A DNA stretch of 64,000 nucleotides, taken from NCBI GenBank assembly GCA_033791545.1, contig JASJGL010000159.1, forward strand, positions 18,298 to 82,297, given 5' to 3'. This stretch comes from Pseudodonghicola sp. Lineage in GTDB: Bacteria > Pseudomonadota > Alphaproteobacteria > Rhodobacterales > Rhodobacteraceae. The notes under the pieces were generated by a model that worked only from the letters and a program-made list of their open reading frames with translations, had not been told where the DNA came from and made no database searches. Shown here piece by piece: positions 20,575 through 28,338 of this stretch. The number at the start of each line of letters is the position of its first letter. The stretch's first letter is position 1. The translations under genes were made by a program, and so were the position numbers.

Positions 20575-21029
20575 TCGATCTGGACGACACCGACCGCGCT
20601 CTTTTGCGCGCGTTGCAGCAGGATGCCACGCTGACGGCGGCGGAACTGGGGCGGCAATCGGGGGTCAGCCAGTCTGTCGCTTGGCGGCGGGTGAAACGGC
20701 TGACCGAGGCGGGGGTGATCAAGGGGCGCAGGTTGGATCTTGACCGCGAGGCGCTGGGCTTTGGCGTGACCGTGTTTCTGGGCATCAAACTGGTCGCCAA
20801 GGGGCACGGCAGCCTTGAAAATTTTGAGCGCGCGGTGTCCGCCATCCCCGAGGTGCAGACGGTGCAGCACGTGTTGGGCCGCTATGATTACCGGTTGCAG
20901 GTGGTGGCGCGGGATCTGTCGGATTTCGAGCGCGTGCTGCGCCGCCGCATCATGACGCTGCCCGGCGCGGGAGAAGTCGAGGCCAATGTGGTGCTGAGCG
21001 AGGAGCGCCGACCGGGGCCGATCGGCTGA
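20571..21029 (+). CDS. Lrp/AsnC family transcriptional regulator (second of the pair)
   Basis: GTG start overlapping the upstream stop (GTGA). LDDTDRALLRALQQDATLTAAELGRQSGVSQSVAWRRVKRLTEAGVI. Confidence 0.85.
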   Translation: MIDLDDTDRALLRALQQDATLTAAELGRQSGVSQSVAWRRVKRLTEAGVIKGRRLDLDREALGFGVTVFLGIKLVAKGHGSLENFERAVSAIPEVQTVQHVLGRYDYRLQVVARDLSDFERVLRRRIMTLPGAGEVEANVVLSEERRPGPIG

Positions 21030-21097
21030 ACAGCGCAGCTTTGTCTTTGCCCGCGCCGCTGCCGCGCGCTATGAGCAAGGAAACAAGGAGATTGCAC

Positions 21098-22222
21098 ATG
21101 GCACTGCTCGATACCGTTGACCCCAAAGGGTTGGAAGAATTCTCGGTCGTGTTCACCGACCGCTCGCTCAACCACATGTCCGCCACCTTTCAGCAGGTGA
21201 TGCGCGATATCTCCGAGATGCTGCGCGAGGTGTATGGCGCCCAGGGTGTGGCGCTGGTGCCCGGTGGCGGCACCTATGCGATGGAGTCGGTGGCGCGGCA
21301 GTTCGCCCGTGGGCAAGCGGCGCTGGTGGTGCGCAACGGCTGGTTCTCGTATCGCTGGTCCCAGATCATCGAAACCGGCGGGCTGACCGAGACCGCCACG
21401 GTGATGCAGGCGCGCCAGACCGGCAACGCCCGGCCCGCGCCCTTTGCCCCGGCCCCAATCGAAGAGGTGGTCGCAGCCATCCGCGCGCAAAAGCCCGGCA
21501 TCGTTTTTGCCCCGCATGTGGAAACCGCTGCCGGTGTGATCCTGCCGGAGGGCTATGTCACGGCGTTGGCCGGTGCCGCGCATGAGGTCGGCGCGCTGAT
21601 GGTGCTCGATTGTGTCGCCTCGGGCTGCGCTTGGGTGGATATGGGCGCGACCGGGGTCGATGTGCTGATCTCGGCGCCGCAAAAGGGCTGGAGCGCCTCT
21701 CCCTCTGCCGGGCTGGTGATGTTGTCAGAGCGTGCCGAGGCACGTCTGGCCGAGACCGAAAGCGACAGTTTTGCGCTCGATCTCAAGAAATGGCGGCAGA
21801 TCATGCAGGCCTATGAAAACGGCGGCCACGCCTATCACGCCACCCTGCCGACGGATGCGCTGCGCGCCTTTCGCGATACGATGGCTGAAACCCGCGCCTA
21901 TGGCTTTGACAAACTCTGCGCGGCGCAGTGGGAGCTGGGCAATGGCACCCGCGCGATGCTGAAAGACAAGGGCGTGGTCTCGGTCGCTGCCGAAGGCTTT
22001 GGCGCGCCGGGGGTTGTGGTCAGTTATACTGAGGATCCTGATATTCAATCCGGCAAGAAGTTCGCCGACTTGGGGTTTCAGATCGCTGCTGGTGTGCCAC
22101 TGAAATGCGATGAGCCCGAAGATTTCCGAACCTTCCGGCTCGGGCTGTTCGGTTTGGACAAGCTTTATGATGTGCCGGCGACATTGGCGCGGCTGAAAAA
22201 CGCGGTCGATCAGGTGCTTTAG
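21098..22222 (+). CDS. Class V (AGXT/PhnW-like) pyridoxal-phosphate aminotransferase; substrate unknown
   Basis: Trimmed to ATG 21098, with AAGGAG 7 nt upstream. FTDRSLNHMS, and PLP-lysine context SAPQKGW. Confidence 0.8.
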   Translation: MALLDTVDPKGLEEFSVVFTDRSLNHMSATFQQVMRDISEMLREVYGAQGVALVPGGGTYAMESVARQFARGQAALVVRNGWFSYRWSQIIETGGLTETATVMQARQTGNARPAPFAPAPIEEVVAAIRAQKPGIVFAPHVETAAGVILPEGYVTALAGAAHEVGALMVLDCVASGCAWVDMGATGVDVLISAPQKGWSASPSAGLVMLSERAEARLAETESDSFALDLKKWRQIMQAYENGGHAYHATLPTDALRAFRDTMAETRAYGFDKLCAAQWELGNGTRAMLKDKGVVSVAAEGFGAPGVVVSYTEDPDIQSGKKFADLGFQIAAGVPLKCDEPEDFRTFRLGLFGLDKLYDVPATLARLKNAVDQVL

Positions 22223-22295
22223 GCCGAACGCGGGCTGTGTCCCGCATCTGTGATAGTGCGGCGGGGGGCTAAGGCTCCCCCGTCGCAAGGTGCGC

Positions 22296-23156
22296 TCAGA
22301 TGATCTGTTCGCGCAGGTGGCGCAGGTGGTCGGGCAGCGCGCGCGCGGTTGTCGTGGCCTCGCGCACAAGATGGTCGAAATGGCTGGTAAAGGTTTCGAT
22401 CCGGTCCCGGTCGCGGAAGGCGACATAGTGTCCGCCCGCATAGAAGACGCACAAAAGTGGCCCGAATATCGTGACCGGCGCGGAATACAGGCGTCTGGAA
22501 TCAAACAGATAGATGCGCAGGCGCGGATAAAGCTGCTCCGACAGCGTGAGAAATCGGTCAATCTGGTCCCGGCGCAGATCGGCCGGAATGCCCGCGTAAT
22601 AGCCGGTGGCGTGGGCAAAATTTTCCAACTCGTACAGCGGCAGGGCGATTTCATAATCCGACTGCGATCTGCGCATCCAGGTCAGCCGATCCTCTGACGC
22701 GCCAATCGCCTGATCGGCGGTGCGCCCCAGATGCGGGGCATATTCCCATTCCAGCATCGCCCGCGTCTTGAGCATATCGGGAAGCGCGGCAGGCACATGG
22801 CGAATCTTGTAGCCCGCCGCCTCGCGGTGCCAGTCGTATATCCGCTCATCGACCAGCGCACGGGCGGCTTCGGTCAGGCTGAGACTGGCCTGAAGCAGAT
22901 CGGCGGCGCTTTCCGGGCGGTCCGACAGGCTGAGCAGCCAATCGGCCGAAACCCCGAGCGCGGCGGCGCAGGCCCCCACAACATGCGCATTGGGCAGCCG
23001 CGCGCCCTCATTGCCCAGAAGTTGCGAGATGGTAGAGCGGTCAACCCCGACGTCGCGGGCCAGGGCGCTTTGGGTCAGGCCAGCGTGCCGCATCGCCTGG
23101 CTCAGGCGGTCACGGAATTGCAGGGCGCGCAGGCGTTTGTCTATTTTTTCCGGCAT
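22296..23156 (-). CDS. XRE-family helix-turn-helix regulator with an uncharacterised C-terminal domain of about 200 aa
   Basis: HTH: RDRLSQAMRHAGLTQSALARDVGVDRSTISQLLG. Confidence 0.8.
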   Translation of the reverse strand: MPEKIDKRLRALQFRDRLSQAMRHAGLTQSALARDVGVDRSTISQLLGNEGARLPNAHVVGACAAALGVSADWLLSLSDRPESAADLLQASLSLTEAARALVDERIYDWHREAAGYKIRHVPAALPDMLKTRAMLEWEYAPHLGRTADQAIGASEDRLTWMRRSQSDYEIALPLYELENFAHATGYYAGIPADLRRDQIDRFLTLSEQLYPRLRIYLFDSRRLYSAPVTIFGPLLCVFYAGGHYVAFRDRDRIETFTSHFDHLVREATTTARALPDHLRHLREQII

Positions 23157-23159
23157 GAG

Positions 23160-23173
23160 GTGATAAATATCAC
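23160..23173. promoter_or_regulatory. Perfect 6-2-6 palindrome GTGATA-AA-TATCAC in an AT-rich divergent promoter region
   Basis: Read directly from the sequence. It lies 4 nt upstream of the XRE start codon and is followed by TGTGA (23178) ... TCACA (23208). CAGAATG repeats directly at 23173 and 23200. Confidence 0.4.
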
Positions 23174-23260
23174 AGAATGTGAGAATTGTTAATCATATTC
23201 AGAATGGTCACATGCCGCGGCGCAGCGTTAGCTGAGGCCGAAACAGGGCATGAGGGCAGG

Positions 23261-23464
23261 ATGGAAACGCGCAAGCGATCTTTGGTCAAGGCGGTGATCT
23301 GGAACCTGATCGGGCTGACGGTGATGGCGGTGGTGGGGCTGATTGCCACCGGGTCGGTGGCACTTGGCGGCACAATGGCGCTGATCAATACCGGCGTGGG
23401 TCTGGTCATGTATGTGGGATATGAGCGGCTCTGGGCCAATATCGGCTGGGGCCGCCATGTCTGA
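23261..23464 (+). CDS. DUF2061-like small membrane protein
   Basis: Trimmed to ATG 23261 (METRKRSLVKAVIWNLIGLTVMAVVGLIATGS...GYERLWANIGWG). Confidence 0.7.
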   Translation: METRKRSLVKAVIWNLIGLTVMAVVGLIATGSVALGGTMALINTGVGLVMYVGYERLWANIGWGRHV

Positions 23465-24353
23465 GTCCCGCTCAAACCGGCCCACGGCACCGGAATGGCG
23501 GACCTTTGCGCTGATCCTTGGCTGCTACGCCTCGGCGCTGATGCTGCTGTTTGCGCCGCTGCCATCGGGGCTGGTGGCGGTTCTACTGGTGCCGGTTCTG
23601 GTGCTGCATTCGTCGTTGAGCCACGAGGCCCTGCATGATCATCCGTTCCGGTCGCGGGCCGTGAACGAGGCGCTGATGGCGCTGCCGCTGACCTTGGCGA
23701 TCCCCTATGGGCGGTTCCGCGATCTGCATCTGGCGCATCACCTCGATGCGCGGCTGACCGATCCCTATGATGATCCGGAATCGAACTATCTCGACCCGGC
23801 GATCTGGGCCGGGCTGTCCCGGTGGAGCCGGGGGCTTTATGCGATGAACAATACCTTGCTGGGGCGCATCCTGTTGGGCCCGGCGATCGGACAGGCGCGG
23901 TTCATGGCCGGGGATTGGGCGCAGCGCCGGGTGCGGGCGGTGTGGCTGGCCTGGGCGCTGCATCTGCCGGGGGCTTTGGCCGTGCTCTGGGTCGTGACGG
24001 TCGCGCCGCTGCCGCTTTGGACCTATCTTCTGGCGTGCTACGGGGCGCTGGGGGTGCTGAAGATCCGCACCTTTCTGGAGCATCGCGCGCATGCGCAATC
24101 GCGGGCCCGCACGGTCATCGTCGAGGATCGGGGGCTGCTGGCCTTTCTCTTTCTGAACAACAACCTGCACGTGGTTCATCACATGCATCCCACCGCCCCG
24201 TGGTACCGGTTGCCACAGCTTTATCGGGCCGGGCAGGCGCGGTATCTGAGCTGCAACGAGAACTATGTCTATCGCTCCTATGGTGAGGTGATCCGTCGCT
24301 TTCTGTTTTGGCGCAAGGATCCGGTGGCTCATCCGCTCTGGCGGCGGGGTTGA
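23457..24353 (+). CDS. Membrane fatty-acid desaturase/hydroxylase family protein
   Basis: Trimmed to ATG 23457, giving an 8-nt overlap with the DUF2061 gene. Three His boxes: HEALHDH, HLAHH, HVVHHMH. Confidence 0.8.
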   Translation: MSESRSNRPTAPEWRTFALILGCYASALMLLFAPLPSGLVAVLLVPVLVLHSSLSHEALHDHPFRSRAVNEALMALPLTLAIPYGRFRDLHLAHHLDARLTDPYDDPESNYLDPAIWAGLSRWSRGLYAMNNTLLGRILLGPAIGQARFMAGDWAQRRVRAVWLAWALHLPGALAVLWVVTVAPLPLWTYLLACYGALGVLKIRTFLEHRAHAQSRARTVIVEDRGLLAFLFLNNNLHVVHHMHPTAPWYRLPQLYRAGQARYLSCNENYVYRSYGEVIRRFLFWRKDPVAHPLWRRG

Positions 24354-24374
24354 TTTGCGGGCAGAAGGGCGGCC

Positions 24375-25277
24375 ATGAGTTTATGGATCCCTGTCACCCT
24401 TGCCGCAGCGAGCTTTCAGACCGCGCGTTTCATGCTGCAAAAGACCCTGAGCACGGTGCGGCTTTCGGCCACCGGCGCGACATTTGCGCGGTTCGTCTAT
24501 TCGGCACCGGTGATCGTGCTGGCGCTTGTCGCCTATCTTTGGGCGACCGGGCGCGGGATGCCGGATCTGGGCCTGCGGTTCTGGCTGTTCGCAATGCTCG
24601 GCGGCACGACGCAGATCTTTGCCACCATCTGCGTCGTGGCGCTGTTCAAACAGCGCAATTTCGCGGTCGGAATCACCTTTAAGAAGACCGAGGTGATCCA
24701 GACCGCGCTGCTGGGGCTGGTGGTGTTGAACGATCAGATCAGCGCGGGCGGCTGGGTCGCGATCTTGCTGGGGTTGGCCGCGGTGCTGGTGCTGTCGCGT
24801 GCACCGGGCAGCACCGGCGCTTGGTGGCGGCATCTGGGCAATCGCGCTTCGGCGCTTGGGCTGGGCTCGGGCGTCTTGTTCGCCTTTTCTGCGGTCAGCT
24901 ACCGGGGCGCCTCGCTGGAGCTGCACGATCCCGATCCGGTGTTTCGTGCCGCCGTGACGCTGGCCTGCGTCGTTTGCTTTCAGCTGCTGTCGATGGGGCT
25001 TTGGATGTTGTGGCGTGACCGGGCCGAATTGCGGGCAGTCTGGGCGGCGCGCAACACCGCCGCCTTTGTCGGGCTGACCAGCATGGCCGGTTCGTTCTGC
25101 TGGTTTCTGGCCTTCACCTTGCAGAACGCGGCCTATGTCAAGGCGCTGGGGCAGGTCGAGTTGTTGCTCAGCCTGCTGGCCTCGACACTGGTGTTTCACG
25201 AAAAGATCACAGCCCGCGAGATTGCAGGAATGGGCCTTCTGGGCCTGTCGATCCTGGCACTGGTCCTGACGATTTAG
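24375..25277 (+). CDS. DMT (EamA-like) superfamily transporter
   Basis: About 10 hydrophobic helices, 300 aa, with a two-halves EamA-like organisation. Confidence 0.75.
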   Translation: MSLWIPVTLAAASFQTARFMLQKTLSTVRLSATGATFARFVYSAPVIVLALVAYLWATGRGMPDLGLRFWLFAMLGGTTQIFATICVVALFKQRNFAVGITFKKTEVIQTALLGLVVLNDQISAGGWVAILLGLAAVLVLSRAPGSTGAWWRHLGNRASALGLGSGVLFAFSAVSYRGASLELHDPDPVFRAAVTLACVVCFQLLSMGLWMLWRDRAELRAVWAARNTAAFVGLTSMAGSFCWFLAFTLQNAAYVKALGQVELLLSLLASTLVFHEKITAREIAGMGLLGLSILALVLTI

Positions 25278-25303
25278 GCGCGGCCTGAACGCGGGCCGCG
25301 CGC
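25278..25303. terminator. GC hairpin between convergent genes (DMT and NUDIX)
   Basis: gcgcggcc-tgaacgc-gggccgcgc. It has no clear T tract. Confidence 0.35.
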
Positions 25304-26017
25304 TCAGCAATGCTCGGGCATGGGATAGCCCTTGAGCTGCAGAAACAGGCTTTCTTCCTCGTTATTGCGGAAAAAAGGCACCGATTTTGGCGGCTCGATG
25401 TGATGCGCCCGTGCCGCGACCTCGGCCAGAACCACCTCGGTGATAAAGGGCAGGTCGAATTTGCGCGCCTCTTTCAGCGGGATCCACTGCAGATGCGAGA
25501 GCTCGTCGCAGGCATCGGTGAAATCGTCCAGATCGTTTTGGATCGCGCCGGCATCAACAAGGAAAAACCGCGCATCGAACCGACGTGGCCGCCCCGGCGG
25601 TGTGAGGGCGCGGAACACGAATTGCAGCGCCTCGGCCGAGGGGATGTATCCGGTCCGTGCAAAGCTTTGCCAGTCGGCGGGGGCGTCGCCCGGCCAGACA
25701 CCGGGCTTGCCCAGCACAAGGCCGGTTTCTTCCCACAACTCGCGCACGGCAGCAGCAGAGAGGGCGTTTTGCATCCCCTTTGGCGCGTTGTCTTCCAACC
25801 GGTCGCGGCAGACCTTGGGCAATGGCGTGGCCAGCGGGATATGGGCATCGCCGGGATCGACAGCACCACCGGGAAACACGAACTTGTTGGGCATAAAGGC
25901 GGCCTTTGCGCCGCGCTGGCCCATCAGGATGGCGGGATTGTCCATCCGGTCGCGCAGCACGATCACCGTGGCGGCGTTGCGCACAGCGGTCTTGTCCTGT
26001 GGTGTGGTCGTCGTCAT
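25304..26017 (-). CDS. NUDIX hydrolase
   Basis: Trimmed to ATG 26017 (MTTTTPQDK...). NUDIX box remnant GGAVDPGD...AAVRELWEETGL. Confidence 0.8.
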   Translation of the reverse strand: MTTTTPQDKTAVRNAATVIVLRDRMDNPAILMGQRGAKAAFMPNKFVFPGGAVDPGDAHIPLATPLPKVCRDRLEDNAPKGMQNALSAAAVRELWEETGLVLGKPGVWPGDAPADWQSFARTGYIPSAEALQFVFRALTPPGRPRRFDARFFLVDAGAIQNDLDDFTDACDELSHLQWIPLKEARKFDLPFITEVVLAEVAARAHHIEPPKSVPFFRNNEEESLFLQLKGYPMPEHC

Positions 26018-26049
26018 GTCCCCTCCGTTTTCTCGCGCCTTCAGATCGC

Positions 26050-26448
26050 TCAGTCGGATCCGCCGAACCCGTTCATCCGCCGCGCCCACTGAAAGGCGAC
26101 AACCGCGCCCTTCAGCCGAGGCAGAAGATAAAGCGACAGCCCCAGACAACCAACCGCAAAGATCGTGAACAATACAAATGGATCGGGGCGAAATACCTCG
26201 AATACGATCAGCAACAGTGGCGCCATCAGGTGGCCGACGATCAGGATCGTCAGATAGGCCGGGCCATCATCGGCGCGGTGGTGGTGCAAGTCCTCGTCGC
26301 AGACCGAGCAGTTGTCGTTCACCTTGAGGAAGTTGTGCAGCACCTCGCCCTCGCCGCAACTGGGGCATTTGCGCCGAAATCCCCGAAACAGCGCGGGCCA
26401 AAGCGGACGGTCGGTTTCGATACTTGCTGAGATGGTTTGATCGGTCAT
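26050..26448 (-). CDS. DUF983 family membrane protein
   Basis: Trimmed to ATG 26448 (MTDQTISAS...). CPSCGEG...CSVCDEDL zinc-ribbon-like pair, then two TM helices. Confidence 0.75.
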   Translation of the reverse strand: MTDQTISASIETDRPLWPALFRGFRRKCPSCGEGEVLHNFLKVNDNCSVCDEDLHHHRADDGPAYLTILIVGHLMAPLLLIVFEVFRPDPFVLFTIFAVGCLGLSLYLLPRLKGAVVAFQWARRMNGFGGSD

Positions 26449-26528
26449 GGAACTCTCTCGCTGATTGCCTCCAATCTGGGGGCTGCAGATGTAAAGGGAA
26501 AGGGGGGCAGGCGATCTTGCGTCCCGAT

Positions 26529-26594
26529 GTCGCAAAGGATGTCGCAGATTTGGCCCGAAAATAAAATGATGAATTTTGCGACGGACTTTGCGCG
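26529..26594. promoter_or_regulatory. 66-bp dyad-symmetric array of four GTCGCA(A/G)A-type half sites with 12-bp phasing
   Basis: Half sites:
- gtcgcaaa at 26529.
- gtcgcaga at 26541.
- tttgcgac at 26575, the exact reverse complement of the first.
- tttgcgcg at 26587.
The common symmetry centre is at 26561/26562, inside an A/T-rich core. Confidence 0.5.
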
Positions 26595-26657
26595 GTGCGG
26601 CGTTTGAAGGATATGAACGGCGGCAAAGGGCCGTCGCGCATCAAAAGGAACGCAGAT

Positions 26658-27278
26658 ATGAAACATCGTCATTTCATCGCAGGACTGGTTCTCTCGGCAG
26701 GCGTGCTGGGCACTGGCGCGGTTCTCGCGCAGGGTCAGGGGCAAATGCCCGGACCGATGGGGGGGATGGGCATGCATCAGCGCCCGACCTTTGAAGAACT
26801 GGATGTCGACAAGGACGGCACCGTCACCTCGGCCGAGATGATGGCCCATGCTCAGGGCCGGTTCGATGCCATCGACACCGATGGCGACGGCAAGGTGAGC
26901 CTGGAAGAGATGCAGGAACAGGCGCGCAAGCGGGCCGATGACATGGCCGCAAAGATGCTGTCGCGGATGGATCAGAACGGCGATGGTGCCGTGACATTCG
27001 ACGAGATGCCCGGCCAGCGCCGCGAAAGCCGTATGGAACAGATGTTCTCCCGCGCTGACGCCGACGACAACGGTGGTCTCAGCAAAGAGGAATTCGATCG
27101 TGCCCATGCCCGCATGGGCCGGGATATGGACCGCAAGGGGGATCGTATGGGCCGGGACATGGATCGCAAGGGCGACCGTAAGGGCGACCGCATGGGGGAC
27201 CACAAACGGATGCATGAGCACCGGATGGGTGGTGACTGCGATGGCCCTGCGCGCCCGCAGAAAATGGACGACAACTGA
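26658..27278 (+). CDS. Secreted four-EF-hand calcium-binding protein with Met/Gly-rich and Asp/Arg/His/Met-rich repeat tails
   Basis: Trimmed to ATG 26658. Features:
- Signal peptide MKHRHFIAGLVLSAGVLGTGAVLAQG.
- Four EF-hand loops: DVDKDGTVTSAE, DTDGDGKVSLEE, DQNGDGAVTFDE, DADDNGGLSKEE.
- Met/Gly-rich N-terminal stretch MPGPMGGMGMH.
- C-terminal repeat tail MGRDMDRKGDR x2. Confidence 0.85.
   Translation: MKHRHFIAGLVLSAGVLGTGAVLAQGQGQMPGPMGGMGMHQRPTFEELDVDKDGTVTSAEMMAHAQGRFDAIDTDGDGKVSLEEMQEQARKRADDMAAKMLSRMDQNGDGAVTFDEMPGQRRESRMEQMFSRADADDNGGLSKEEFDRAHARMGRDMDRKGDRMGRDMDRKGDRKGDRMGDHKRMHEHRMGGDCDGPARPQKMDDN
27114..27191 (+). repeat. 33-bp in-frame tandem repeat (2 units plus a partial unit) in the EF-hand gene
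   Basis: atgggccgggatatggaccgcaagggggatcgt is followed by atgggccgggacatggatcgcaagggcgaccgt and then aagggcgaccgc. Confidence 0.85.
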
Positions 27279-27283
27279 GTCTG

Positions 27284-27949
27284 ATGGCCCGGATCGGGAC
27301 CATATCCGGGCCAAAGGGCGTGCGCGGCAGTTTTGCCGCGCCGCCCGACGGTCGCAACCTGCCGCAGGAGGGCGGGGATGCGTCCCTGTCCGATGATGCG
27401 CTGCTCGCCTTGTTCGCCAATGGCGACGAGCAGGCGGCGCGGCAACTGACTGCCCGCCTCGGGCCACGAACTCTTGCGGTTGCCCGACGTGTGCTGGGCG
27501 ATCACGACGAGGCCGAGGATGTGGCGCAGGAGGCGATGATGCGGCTTTGGCGCATGGCGCCGGACTGGCAACCGGGGCAGGCGCAGGTCTCGACCTGGCT
27601 GTATCGGGTGACGCTGAACCTGTGTCTTGATCGCAAGCGGCGCGGCAAGCGGGTTGGAGCGCTGCGGCTGGACGACGTGCCAGATCCGCCAGATCCGGGC
27701 CGTACTGCGCCCGAGCGGATGCAGGACGGGGCGCGATCGGATGCGTTGCAGAGCGCGCTGATGACCTTGCCCGAGCGGCAGCGTCAGGCAGTGGTTCTGC
27801 GCCATATCGAAGAACTTTCGAACCCCGAAATCGCGGGGATTATGGAGATCAGCGTCGAGGCGGTCGAAAGTCTGACCGCCCGCGGCAAACGGACACTGGC
27901 AGCGGCTTTGGCCGGGCGACGGGAAGAACTGGGGTATAGCGATGGCTGA
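27284..27949 (+). CDS. ECF-type RNA polymerase sigma-70 family factor
   Basis: Region 2: DVAQEAMMRLWR...WLYRVTLNLCLD. Region 4: LPERQRQAVVLRHIEELSNPEIAGIMEISVEAVESLTARGKRTL. It starts 5 nt after the EF-hand gene stop. Confidence 0.88.
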   Translation: MARIGTISGPKGVRGSFAAPPDGRNLPQEGGDASLSDDALLALFANGDEQAARQLTARLGPRTLAVARRVLGDHDEAEDVAQEAMMRLWRMAPDWQPGQAQVSTWLYRVTLNLCLDRKRRGKRVGALRLDDVPDPPDPGRTAPERMQDGARSDALQSALMTLPERQRQAVVLRHIEELSNPEIAGIMEISVEAVESLTARGKRTLAAALAGRREELGYSDG

Positions 27950-28337
27950 GAACGACATCAAAGACGCCTTTCTCGAGGCGCATTTCGCGGCGGCACGACG
28001 TGTGGATGCCGGGATGTCTTTGGCGCTGGAGGCGCGGATGCTTTCCGATGCCGCCCGGGTGCAAGCCCAGCAGGTGCCGGTGATGCGTCCCGCAACTGAA
28101 CCGCTGCGCCGGGGTCTGTTCGCTGCCGTAGCCGGATTGGGAAAGCAATTCATGCGGGTGCTGGGCGGCTGGCCGGCGCTGGGCGGGCTGGTGGCAGCCT
28201 CTGCCGCCGGGGTCTGGATCGGTGTTGCGCCGCCGGATTTCCTGCCCGACCCGGTCGGGCTGATGGTGCAATACGACACCGAGGTGAACATGTTGGATAG
28301 CTATGCATTGTCCTCGGTACTGCCGGAGGAAGGGTAA
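27942..28337 (+). CDS. Putative membrane-bound anti-sigma factor (CnrY-like position; no zf-HC2 motif)
   Basis: 8-nt overlap with the sigma gene (ATGGCTGA). Single TM helix WPALGGLVAASAAGVWIGV. The call rests on position and topology only. Confidence 0.55.
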   Translation: MAENDIKDAFLEAHFAAARRVDAGMSLALEARMLSDAARVQAQQVPVMRPATEPLRRGLFAAVAGLGKQFMRVLGGWPALGGLVAASAAGVWIGVAPPDFLPDPVGLMVQYDTEVNMLDSYALSSVLPEEG

Positions 28338-28338
28338 G

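Noticed and set aside
26595-26657. An ECF-type promoter (GGAAC-N16/17-CGT) immediately upstream of the EF-hand/ECF operon.
   Set aside because: There is only a weak candidate (tGAAC-N14-GTCG around 26616..26640) with non-canonical spacing. That is not enough to call autoregulation, and TSS mapping is needed.
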